DNA of 64,000 bases from an uncultured Planctomycetaceae bacterium (lineage in GTDB: Bacteria; Planctomycetota; Planctomycetia; Planctomycetales; Planctomycetaceae), in contig CAXBME010000002.1 in NCBI GenBank assembly GCA_963976765.1, positions 434,001 to 498,000 on the forward strand, in the 5' to 3' direction. The notes beneath the pieces were generated by a model, which was not told the DNA's origin, did no database searches, and saw nothing but the letters and a program-made list of their open reading frames with translations. A program made the position numbers and the translations under genes. Below are positions 10,521 through 20,288 of the stretch, piece by piece. The stretch's first letter is position 1. Every line of letters begins with the position of its first letter.

Positions 10521-13500
10521 ATGTTCAAAGGCTTATATGCCGCCGCAGGGCGAAACTTCGTCCGTCCACTCCTTTTCATGGTTCTAGCGGGATTTTCCCT
10601 GTCGAACCTGGACGTTCCTGCCGCTGATACTGATTCTGCCGAGGAGGTGTCCGTCCCGCCGGGTTTTACAGCCCACCTGTTTGCCGACGACGTACTGGCT
10701 CACGACATTTTCTCGATGACCATCAATGCCTCCGGAAATGTGGTGGTCGCCGGTGCTGGCTATGTCAAAACCCTCATTGATTCCGACGGTGACGGCACGG
10801 CGGACCTCGCAACAACATTCGCTGATGGACCGAAGTCAGGTTCGCAGGGCATGTTCTTCCTTAGCCAGGATCTCCTTTGCACCGGCGACGGAGCGTTGCT
10901 CCGCTACAGAGACGCCAATGGCGACGGCCAGGCCGACGGACCACCGGACCGCTTCCTCGAATTCCAGACCGGCGGCGAACACGACGTGCACTCCGTCCAG
11001 CGAGGCCCCGACGGCTGGTGGTATCTCAACGCGGGCAACTACGCCGGCATCTCAGATAAGTACGTGACCGAACCGGCGTCACCCATCAAACACCCGCAGG
11101 CCGGCGTCATCTTCCGACTTAAACCCGACCTCTCCGGCGGCGAAGTCGTCGCTCACGGATTCCGCAACGCCTACGACTTCTCCTTCCACTCGCTGGGCGA
11201 CCTCTTCACCTTCGACAGCGATGGCGAACGAGACGTCTCACTGCCGTGGTATCGTCCGACGCGAGTCTTTCAGGCCGTGCCCGGTTCGCACGCCGGATGG
11301 GTAACTCGCAGCTGGAAGCAGCCTGATTACTTTTTCGACATGCCACCGGTCATGGCCGAATTCGGACGAGGATCGCCGACTGGCGTTATCAGCTACCGAC
11401 ACAACCACTTTCCGGAGAAGTACCGCGACAGCCTGTTCGTCCTCGACTGGACCTATGGTCGAATCCTGAATCTTCAACTCCAGAAAGACGGAGCTGCTTT
11501 CAAGGCAACCACTGAAGAATTCATGACCGGCGTTGGCCAGTTCGGCTTCGCCCCGACTGACGCTGCCGTCGGCCCGGACGGAAGTCTTTACGTCAGCATC
11601 GGCGGACGAGGCACCCGCGGCGGCGTCTACCGAATTCACCACTCAGCGTCGGAGCGTTCTTCATCAAAGGAGAATCAAAACGCCAGCAAGGGATCAAACC
11701 CTGCCGCCAGCCAGCCAGCATGGCCAGGCAACCCGACTACGACCGATGAAAAAGTGACCGCCTGTCTGACCGCTCCACAGCCATTGTCGAGCTGGTCGCG
11801 CGCGATCTGGGAACCTCTTTCCAAGTCTGCAGGGCGAGACGCTTTTGCCAGTGCCGCCACCGATCGAAACCGCGATACTGCACAACGAGTCCGGGCCATC
11901 GAAATCCTCGTCGAACGCTTCGGCGGCCTCAACGATTCGGTCACTGAAAGTCTCATCGAAGACCCGGTTCCCGAAGTCCGAGCCCGAACCGCCTGGGCAA
12001 TCGGTCGCACAACACCCGCTGCACAGATCGTTGAAATCATCACGCCGCTGGTCGCTGATGAAGATCCGTTCGTCGGTCGAGTCGCCTGCGAAGCCTTACT
12101 TGGCAGACCCGGCGAGCTGAGTAGCGCCTCGCTGGCAGCAGCTCTGGCAAAACGACTGGGCAGTTCGACAAGGTTCGACCGTATTGCGGCGGCAAGATTG
12201 ATTCCGCAACTCAGCAAAGAGACATTCCGGATGCTCGCCGTACAGGCTGCGAAGCTCGGCTGGTCCGCCGGAGTCTCCAACGCGTTCGGGTTTCTCGGTC
12301 GTAAGCCAGGCTTTAACGACTACGCCTTTGAAATCTCGCTGCGGGTTCTGGAACGCGACCTGCCTACCGAACTGAAGCTCGAAGCCGTCCGACTCATGCA
12401 GCTTGGCCTGGGAGATCTCACGCCACCAGAAAACGTCGCCGTGTTCGATGGCTACGCTCCAGGACTGGATCTCTCGGAATTCGACCGGCAGCTCGATCCG
12501 TTTCGAATTCGTCTGGCGGATCGCTTTCCGACCGACGACGAACGTCTTGATTACGAACTCGCCCGCCTGCTCGCCATGCTGCAACCTTACAATGCGGCAC
12601 TGCTGACGAAGGTTCTGGCGAAGATCACGGCAGACTCGCATCCAACCGACGATCTGCATTACCTGATTGTCGCGGCGAGAAATTCAGCCTCGCGAGACTC
12701 CAATCACCGGCTGGCCGTCGCGCGAGCCCTCGTCATGCTTGAGCCAAAACTCAAAGCACGGAAGCTGAATGTCGACACAAACTGGGAACCACGACTGAAA
12801 GAGCTTGTTAAAACGCTTGTCGAATTCGACCCGCTGCTGCCCGACGTGCTGATTGAGCAGCCCGAATTTGGCCGACCAGACCACGTTCTTTACATGAGCC
12901 AGCTGCCGGGCGAGTTACTCGACGCCGCCATCGAGGGGTTCTCACAGCAGGTTGAAGCCGACCCCGACTATCCCTGGACCAACGACGTGCTGTTCGTCTT
13001 TGGCGAGTCGAAGAAGCCCGAACATCGCCAGCTTGTCCGCGACCAGTTTCCGAACTTCGCGGTTCGTAACGCCGTGCTGATGGTTCTCTCAACGAATCCA
13101 GAAGAAACGGATCGAGCGAAGTTTGTTGAAGGTTTGGAAACTCCGCAGGTCGAAGTTCTGGAAGCCTGCCTGACCGCGCTCGGCAAACTTCCTCCCAGCA
13201 ACGACGGCGCAGAAAACGTCGCCCTCGTCCGCTGCCTGCGCCGACTCGGCACTGAGAAAAACGAAGCCGCCGCTCGACGCCTGGTTGTTCAGACGCTCCG
13301 ACGAAACTCTAATCGTCAGTTCGGATTCGTTTTGAATGCTCCATCAACGGAACCCCAATCCACCGCCGTCAAAACATGGACTGACTGGGCCATCTCTGAC
13401 TTCCCGGATGATGCAGCCGTCCTGACGTCCAACTCCGCGCCCGATGCCGCTGGTGTCCTCGACTTACTTTCAAAAACTGACTGGTCAACCGGAGATGCGA

Positions 13501-13895
13501 CTCGCGGAGAAAAGTTCTTCAAAGCTCGATCGTGTATCCAGTGCCACGGCGGTCGAAGCTCGCTCGGTCCAGACCTTGCCGGAGTCGCCAAACGCTTTTC
13601 GCGTGACGACCTCTTCACAGCCATCATCCATCCCAACCGGGACGTCTCGTCACGCTACCAGACTACGATGGCCGTGACCTCAGACGGCAAGGTTTACACC
13701 GGCCTTGTGATTTACGAATCAGTCGACGGCATGATCCTGCGAAACGCCACGAATCAAACTTTCCGGCTGGAGACAGCCGACATCGATGTCCAGCGCAAAC
13801 TCCCCCAAAGCCTGATGCCTCCCGGCCTGCTCAAGGGAGCAACCTCGCAAGACCTCGCCGATCTGTATGCCTACCTGCAAAGCATCGGCCAATAG
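10521..13895 (+). CDS. PVC-type heme-binding CxxCH protein (beta-propeller dehydrogenase-like N-terminus, HEAT repeats, cytochrome c C-terminus)
   Basis: VPPGF...LFA, GPDGWWY and GFRNAYD motifs; HEAT-like middle; C-terminal CIQCH, GPDL and SLMPPGL. Start placed at ATG 10521 (ORF opens at TTG 10479). Confidence 0.85.
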   Translation: MFKGLYAAAGRNFVRPLLFMVLAGFSLSNLDVPAADTDSAEEVSVPPGFTAHLFADDVLAHDIFSMTINASGNVVVAGAGYVKTLIDSDGDGTADLATTFADGPKSGSQGMFFLSQDLLCTGDGALLRYRDANGDGQADGPPDRFLEFQTGGEHDVHSVQRGPDGWWYLNAGNYAGISDKYVTEPASPIKHPQAGVIFRLKPDLSGGEVVAHGFRNAYDFSFHSLGDLFTFDSDGERDVSLPWYRPTRVFQAVPGSHAGWVTRSWKQPDYFFDMPPVMAEFGRGSPTGVISYRHNHFPEKYRDSLFVLDWTYGRILNLQLQKDGAAFKATTEEFMTGVGQFGFAPTDAAVGPDGSLYVSIGGRGTRGGVYRIHHSASERSSSKENQNASKGSNPAASQPAWPGNPTTTDEKVTACLTAPQPLSSWSRAIWEPLSKSAGRDAFASAATDRNRDTAQRVRAIEILVERFGGLNDSVTESLIEDPVPEVRARTAWAIGRTTPAAQIVEIITPLVADEDPFVGRVACEALLGRPGELSSASLAAALAKRLGSSTRFDRIAAARLIPQLSKETFRMLAVQAAKLGWSAGVSNAFGFLGRKPGFNDYAFEISLRVLERDLPTELKLEAVRLMQLGLGDLTPPENVAVFDGYAPGLDLSEFDRQLDPFRIRLADRFPTDDERLDYELARLLAMLQPYNAALLTKVLAKITADSHPTDDLHYLIVAARNSASRDSNHRLAVARALVMLEPKLKARKLNVDTNWEPRLKELVKTLVEFDPLLPDVLIEQPEFGRPDHVLYMSQLPGELLDAAIEGFSQQVEADPDYPWTNDVLFVFGESKKPEHRQLVRDQFPNFAVRNAVLMVLSTNPEETDRAKFVEGLETPQVEVLEACLTALGKLPPSNDGAENVALVRCLRRLGTEKNEAAARRLVVQTLRRNSNRQFGFVLNAPSTEPQSTAVKTWTDWAISDFPDDAAVLTSNSAPDAAGVLDLLSKTDWSTGDATRGEKFFKARSCIQCHGGRSSLGPDLAGVAKRFSRDDLFTAIIHPNRDVSSRYQTTMAVTSDGKVYTGLVIYESVDGMILRNATNQTFRLETADIDVQRKLPQSLMPPGLLKGATSQDLADLYAYLQSIGQ

Positions 13896-14044
13896 AATGG
13901 CTGGGGGGGGGGCGAGATGCGTCCGGCTTAACTGGCCAATACGATTAACAGCCTGATAACACACAGATAACAAATGGTGAGTCTCTGCACTGGTCACAGA
14001 GTCCACATGTCAACCATTAACCTCGTTATAGAGTAATTCGTTAA

Positions 14045-15388
14045 ATGTCCAGTCGTTCAATTGCCATCACGTCGGTCGAAGTTATCGATCTCCGAGTGCC
14101 GACTTCTGATCAGATGCTTGGCTCTGACCCGTTTCATAAAGAGCCGGACTATTCGTCTGCCGTGCTGCATCTCGAAACTGATGCTGGCCTGCGCGGCGTG
14201 TCGGTCGTCTTTACCGTCGGTGCCGGCACCGACTGGCTCTGCTACGGCATCAGGGATCTATGCCAGTTGATTGTCGGCACAAAGCTGGAAGATTTTGCGG
14301 CGGCTCCGTTCAAGCTTTATCGGCGACTGATCGACCACCACCAGTTGCGCTGGCTGCACGACGGAGTCTTCCGCATGGCGGCAGGAGCGGTCCTCAACGC
14401 GATGTGGGATCTGTGGGCTAAATCACTCGATAAGCCACTCTGGAAACTGCTCGTCGATCTCGAGCCGGAATTCGTTGCGGACTGCATCGACTGGCGTAAC
14501 ATCAGCGATGCGCTGACGCGCGACGAGGCTGTGGAAACCCTTCGCAAGGGCCAAGCGAACGCTCAACAGCGGGAAACCGAAATGGCCGAACGCGGGCCTC
14601 GAGCCTACTGCACTGCCGGATGGCTCGGCCTAAGCGATGAAGAAATTCTCGCGACGATTCGAAAACTTCAGGAGTCAGGATTCGACTCGTTCAAATTGAA
14701 GGTCGGCCAGAATTCTGACCATGATGTGCAGCGAATTCGTTTTATGCGAGAGGCGATCGGGCCGGAGTCGCAACTGATGGTTGATGCTAATCAGTACTGG
14801 GGGCTCGTCGAGGCCAAACACCACATCGAACGTTATCGACCGTTCGGCCTGAAGTGGGTTGAAGAGCCGATCGCCCGCGACGACGTGCTCGGGTATGTCG
14901 AACTGGCGGAAACATTCGCCGACGCGTCGTTCGGTTTTGCGTGCGGCGAGCAGGCTGCTTCGCCGGTCATCTTCAAGCAACTGCTTAAAAGCGGAGCGAT
15001 CAAGTTCTGCCAGATCGATGCTGTCCGCGTGGCTGGTGTGAACGACGTGATGGCGATCATTCTGATGGCCGCGAAGTTCAACGTGCCGGTCTGTCCGCAC
15101 GGCGGCGGAATCGCACTTTGCAACATGATTCAGCACTATGGGATGTGGGATCAGATCGCAGTTTCCGGTCACTCGGAAACACAGCTTGTTGAGTACATCG
15201 ACTTCCTGCAGGATGCCGTCGAACACTCAGTTGAGGTACGCGACGGTTGCTACGTGACGCCCACAGCACCGGGCTGGGGCCTGGAGTTCCTGCCGGACTT
15301 CATCGAACAGCATCGGTTTCCCGATGGCGACGTCTGGAAAACTCGCAGCCCGCTCAAAAAAGGCGCGACCTACGAAGTGGAGAATTGA
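14045..15388 (+). CDS. Enolase-superfamily protein, probable L-fuconate dehydratase
   Basis: DLRVPTS..LGSD.FH.PDYS, AYCTAGWLG, FKLKVG, MVDANQ, WVEEP, CGE, QID and VCPHGGG match the FucD/ENOSF1 subgroup. Confidence 0.85.
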   Translation: MSSRSIAITSVEVIDLRVPTSDQMLGSDPFHKEPDYSSAVLHLETDAGLRGVSVVFTVGAGTDWLCYGIRDLCQLIVGTKLEDFAAAPFKLYRRLIDHHQLRWLHDGVFRMAAGAVLNAMWDLWAKSLDKPLWKLLVDLEPEFVADCIDWRNISDALTRDEAVETLRKGQANAQQRETEMAERGPRAYCTAGWLGLSDEEILATIRKLQESGFDSFKLKVGQNSDHDVQRIRFMREAIGPESQLMVDANQYWGLVEAKHHIERYRPFGLKWVEEPIARDDVLGYVELAETFADASFGFACGEQAASPVIFKQLLKSGAIKFCQIDAVRVAGVNDVMAIILMAAKFNVPVCPHGGGIALCNMIQHYGMWDQIAVSGHSETQLVEYIDFLQDAVEHSVEVRDGCYVTPTAPGWGLEFLPDFIEQHRFPDGDVWKTRSPLKKGATYEVEN

Positions 15389-15488
15389 GAACGAATTCCT
15401 GTCCGCGCCGACCACGACGTCTGACCAGAAAATCGGTCACAACGAGAATCGGTCATAAGACAGCAGCCACGCATCGGCCGTGGCCAGA

Positions 15489-16844
15489 TCAGCGGACTCG
15501 TGTCGGAAACCCGGACCAGTTCAGAAAACGATCGGCTGTTTTTCCAGGCGACGGTTTCTTTGTGGGAGCAGTAGTCCGCATCCGAGTTTCCCGGAGCGGC
15601 GGCATCTCCATGCTGACAGCCTTGCTGCCCGTCTTGCCGGCAGCGTCGTTGGCCAGTCGGCTTTGAATTTCACTCGGCAAGGGCGTCGGAATTAAGACTG
15701 CCTGCCTCGTGCGGGAGTGAGTGGAATCGTCGATCTTCGTCAGGATCAAAGGTTGCAACGGCTGATCGGGACGACGAACTGCGTTGATCGGTTCGCGAGG
15801 ATTCGGCACGGGAGCGTGTTGCGGAGTGGTCGATGAAGCGGCGACTTCAAACACGGCTGGAGCGGACGAAACTCGGCCGCGTGGATCAGGAGCGGTCAGG
15901 TTTCGCGAGAACTGTCCAACCCGGGACAGCAGGGCAGCGGGGCCGCTCTTGACGGCGGGCAGAGCGGACGACTGAGTTTGTTGAGCCGTCCAGATCGGTT
16001 TTGCTGGTGTGTCGACATCGGGTCCTTGAGATCGAACGACGCTGTCGGCTTGCGCGACCCGAGCAGAGTTTTCCTTTGAAGCCAGCAGCTGACCTTCAGG
16101 CAAATCGAGTCGCGGCGATCCGGCCAGAACCCAGCTCGACCACTTCTGTTCAAGCTGCTCGACTCCGCTGCTGCCATAGAAAGTGGCGATGGCTCGATCC
16201 CAGCCGCGGTGATGAGCATCGTTCAGGAAGTTCAGAAAGTGCTTCCGACCTTTGTCCTGAAGCAGAAACTCGACCAGCGAGTACCCCTGAGCGTACATTG
16301 CCAGCACCTGATCATTGTCGCGTGGGTACTGCGTCATGCTGAGCAGAACTCGCAGAGGGATTCGGCGGCCCTGGTTTACCAGCTTTTCAGCAAGGTCGAA
16401 CGAACGGCTTTTCTCGGAAATATGCTCAACGACCGTTGCCGCCCCTTCGTCCGCCCAACGAGGCACCTTTCTCCGGAAGTAGCAAGCCAGAATCGTATGA
16501 TTGACTTCGTGCGGAATCACTGAGTCCAGAATTCGCTCCAGGCTTCCCTGAACTTCCATTTTCCAGCCGTAAACCTCACCTCGATCGAATTTGAACCGCG
16601 TCGCGCCACCCGCTCCCAGGTTCTTTCCGACGACCACGGAAATTTCGCATGGCTCGCCCCAGTTGTTGATTTCGTGCCCGTACCACTGCAAAGCCAGTTT
16701 TCGGCGAGACTCTTCCGCGGCTTCGGCAACCTGGCGAGCGATTTCGGTCGTTGGAGCGTGAACGACGAAATTCGGGCTGGCAAAATTGCCCTCAACCGAT
16801 CCCAGAGCCAGTGACAACAAAACTGCGCTGAAAGCTGCCGGCAT
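15489..16844 (-). CDS. Exported zinc metallopeptidase-like protein (gluzincin, peptidase MA-like) with a low-complexity tail
   Basis: HEVNH followed by PRWADEG; YAQGYSLVEFL. Signal-like N-terminus from MPAAFSAVLL. Confidence 0.75.
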   Translation of the reverse strand: MPAAFSAVLLSLALGSVEGNFASPNFVVHAPTTEIARQVAEAAEESRRKLALQWYGHEINNWGEPCEISVVVGKNLGAGGATRFKFDRGEVYGWKMEVQGSLERILDSVIPHEVNHTILACYFRRKVPRWADEGAATVVEHISEKSRSFDLAEKLVNQGRRIPLRVLLSMTQYPRDNDQVLAMYAQGYSLVEFLLQDKGRKHFLNFLNDAHHRGWDRAIATFYGSSGVEQLEQKWSSWVLAGSPRLDLPEGQLLASKENSARVAQADSVVRSQGPDVDTPAKPIWTAQQTQSSALPAVKSGPAALLSRVGQFSRNLTAPDPRGRVSSAPAVFEVAASSTTPQHAPVPNPREPINAVRRPDQPLQPLILTKIDDSTHSRTRQAVLIPTPLPSEIQSRLANDAAGKTGSKAVSMEMPPLRETRMRTTAPTKKPSPGKTADRFLNWSGFPTRVR

Positions 16845-17205
16845 CGGGTTCCTTCCCTGGTTTGTGATGAATTGGCAACAGTCCATGTCGCTGAGACTTC
16901 ACGGAGCAATCCGCGAGCCACTTTCCGCGATCGTTGCCGAAGCTTCGGGCGAAGACCTGACGGCAATCGAATATCCAGGGGGCAGAGTTCCCACACCACA
17001 CTACCGCCAGGTGTTGTGAATTCTTTGGAAGCTGCCGAAAACGGAACGACCACCACCGGAGTCGCTTCGAGAATCCTTGTAAATTCTGCAAAGACCGACG
17101 AACCGGCCGACGTGTGAGAGTGCCAATGGTCGAAGATCTGGTCTTCAATATCTGGCGGACTGGGCCGGCTTCGGGAATCGCTCGAAATGTCCAGGACTGC
17201 TTCGG

Positions 17206-17234
17206 TTGAAAGATCGCTGACCCGCCTCCATAAT
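17206..17234 (+). promoter_or_regulatory. Sigma70-type promoter for rpsR
   Basis: TTGAAA-17nt-CATAAT followed by GC-rich cccgct. Confidence 0.65.
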
Positions 17235-17366
17235 CCCGCTTCGCTTTTGGTGAGCGATTTTCGCCAACGCCCGGAAGCTGCTTTTCCGAGGCGCGATCTG
17301 CGGCCAGTTGATGTAAATACTGGCTGACTTTCCCCACCAGATCAGAACACATTCAAGGTGCGTATT

Positions 17367-17651
17367 ATGAGTCGAGTCAGCTTTGCAGAAATCCGTAAGC
17401 GACGTAAGAAGAAGTCTCGTCTGAAGAAGAAGCTGACCTGCCGCTTCTGTCCGGATGGTCCGAAAAAAACTCCGCGACCAATTTATGTCGATTACAAAGA
17501 CCTGCGGACGCTGAAGTCGCTCGTCGATCGCAACGGTCGGATTCTCCCTCGACGTCGAACCGGAACCAGTGCCAAGTGGCACCGCGCCGTTCGTGTTGCC
17601 GTTCTGCGAGCCCGCTTTATCGCCTTGCTGCCGTACGTTCCTGAGGATTAA
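17367..17651 (+). CDS. rpsR: 30S ribosomal protein S18
   Basis: CRFC...VDYKD...[10 protein letters not shown]...[10 protein letters not shown]. Confidence 0.95.
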   Translation: MSRVSFAEIRKRRKKKSRLKKKLTCRFCPDGPKKTPRPIYVDYKDLRTLKSLVDRNGRILPRRRTGTSAKWHRAVRVAVLRARFIALLPYVPED

Positions 17652-17841
17652 GTCAGCCAGCGAAGTTCCCATCTGGTGAAAGGTGCCACGTTTTGATGTG
17701 TGGCCCTTTTGTCGTTGTGGGAACGATTTTCTGCGGCACTGTTTTTACGATTTCGTTTGCCGACCAGTTCGGGGCACAGCGCGACGTTTTCGATTCGCCT
17801 GTGAGTTGCGATATCCGCTTCTGCGTGGAGGTTCTTCGCCA

Positions 17842-19167
17842 ATGATGGTTCCTGATCCAGTCGATGTGAGTCAATTGCTTGTTGCCGGTTCGTCTTTTGG
17901 CCACAACGAAATCGGCGAGCTGGAAAAAGCGGTCGCCCGAAACCCGCACGCCGTCCGTCAGGCCTGCCAGGAAATTCGAAAGCGAGTCGATTCCGGTGCC
18001 GGATCTGAGCGTGATGCCGTGGCAACCGGCTACACGCTGCACCTGCTGGGTAACCATCAGGACGCGACCCATTATCTGTCTCAGGCGGGTGGCAGCGAAT
18101 TCGCTGAGTTCACCCGCGGCGAGTGCCTTTGCTCGCTGGGGCGGTACGAAGAAGCTATCGAGGCCTATCGCGAAGCCGGCAAACGAGGCTACGACGCCGT
18201 GCAGGCAATTCTTTCAGAAGCCGGAGCCATTCGGCTGTCTGGACGACTGGATGAAGCCGAAGCTCTCCTGAAGGCAAACGCTCGAACGGCGGTCACGCGT
18301 GCCGACTACTCCTATCAAATGGGCGGAATCCTGGCCGATCGAGGCGACACCTTCGGAGCCATTGAGTACTTCGAACGGGCCGTTGACATGGACCCGCACC
18401 ACTCGAAGGCACTGTTCCGTCTTGCAGCTTTGAACGCGGCGTTCGGAAATGACGATACAGCTCGCGGACTTTACGAGCGATCACTGTCTCGACCACCGTT
18501 TTATCTCGGAGCGCTGATCAATCTCGGACTTCTCTACGAAGATGCCGAGCGGTACGAAGCGGCTGCGTTCTGCTTCAAGCGCGTCGTCGACTTTGACCCG
18601 AATCACGAGCGAGCAAGGCTTTATCTCAAAGACATCGAAGCCTCGGGCGAGATGTTCTACGACGAGGACGCCGTTCGCCGCTCACGTGAAGAAGAGCAGA
18701 TCCTGAACACGCCAATCGCTGATTTCGAACTTTCCGCTCGAAGCCGCAATTGCCTGGACCGGATGGAGATTCATACTCTGGGCGACCTGACGCGAATCAG
18801 CGAAGCCGAATTGCTCGGAAGCAAGAATTTTGGTGAAACCTCACTGAAGGAAGTTCGAGATATTCTCGATTCTCGAGGCCTGTCGATTGGCCAGAACGTG
18901 ACCGACGCCAAACGCCAGGCTCCGCAACAGGTCACACGGGAAGACCTGCCGGACGCACAGAAGGCAGTGTTCGATGCTCCGGTTTCTGATCTGAACCTTT
19001 CAGTCCGAGCGCGCAAGTGTGTATCGAGGCTTAACATCACAACGATCGGCGAAATCATGAACCGCAGCCCGGACGACTTGCTCAGCGTTCGCAACTTCGG
19101 TGTGACGTCGCTGAACGAAATCCGAGCCAAACTGGCCGAAATGGGCCTGTCGCTGCGAAACGACTGA
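17842..19167 (+). CDS. TPR-repeat protein with two tandem RNA polymerase alpha-CTD-like domains
   Basis: GGAGG RBS at 17827. TPR helices (AIEYFERAVDMDP, FKRVVDFDP). Two copies of LS.R...C......I.T.G.......LL...NFG.TSL.E.R..L...GLS. Confidence 0.88.
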   Translation: MMVPDPVDVSQLLVAGSSFGHNEIGELEKAVARNPHAVRQACQEIRKRVDSGAGSERDAVATGYTLHLLGNHQDATHYLSQAGGSEFAEFTRGECLCSLGRYEEAIEAYREAGKRGYDAVQAILSEAGAIRLSGRLDEAEALLKANARTAVTRADYSYQMGGILADRGDTFGAIEYFERAVDMDPHHSKALFRLAALNAAFGNDDTARGLYERSLSRPPFYLGALINLGLLYEDAERYEAAAFCFKRVVDFDPNHERARLYLKDIEASGEMFYDEDAVRRSREEEQILNTPIADFELSARSRNCLDRMEIHTLGDLTRISEAELLGSKNFGETSLKEVRDILDSRGLSIGQNVTDAKRQAPQQVTREDLPDAQKAVFDAPVSDLNLSVRARKCVSRLNITTIGEIMNRSPDDLLSVRNFGVTSLNEIRAKLAEMGLSLRND

Positions 19168-19280
19168 TCCCCGGAGAACCATCGACCAGCAGATCTGCAA
19201 GAGGGACGTTCTGACGCACCACAAACTGATCAGCTCTTTGGTGCGTCGAGACGCGACCTGCGGAAGAATAAGCAGTTAAC

Positions 19281-19320
19281 AAAAGAGGCCCGGCACCATT
19301 CAGCGCCGGGCCTCTTCTTC
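19281..19320. terminator. Bidirectional terminator between the TPR/alpha-CTD gene and sodA
   Basis: Perfect 12-bp stem aagaggcccggc / gccgggcctctt between convergent genes. Confidence 0.8.
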
Positions 19321-19358
19321 ATTGCTGGTTGCGTTTCAACGGTTGTTGTCGAAACGGA

Positions 19359-19982
<624 letters not shown>

Positions 19983-20288
19983 TGTTCCATTCCTCCTGAG
20001 TTTGCGTCTGTTTGAGTAGGCAGTGATGCGATGCCGAACGCGGCATCGACTGAAATCTTCAGGCGGTGATTCACCAGCCATTGATAGCTCAGCCGGTATT
20101 CTAGGGGCCTGGTCGGGAATTCGTAGCCACCGACGTTTTCATCATGGGCCGTGCTGCCGAAGCCGGAGTTGCAATGTTCGTGCGGCACCGTTTCAATCAG
20201 CCCTCACATTTTCAGACGACCCGCGATCAGACGGTGCGAGCTTCATCAGAAAGCTCGCACTCGGACAAACATTGCTACGGAGCGACTC

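Noticed and set aside
15428..15456. Short direct repeat aatcggtca x2 between convergent genes
   Set aside because: Only two 9-nt copies, in a 3'-3' spacer; compatible with chance.
17683..17841. Cys-rich N-terminal extension of the TPR/alpha-CTD ORF, and similar upstream extensions of sodA, carA and the DUF1080 genes
   Set aside because: Better starts lie downstream, supported by an RBS or family-typical N-termini; the extensions look like translated UTR.
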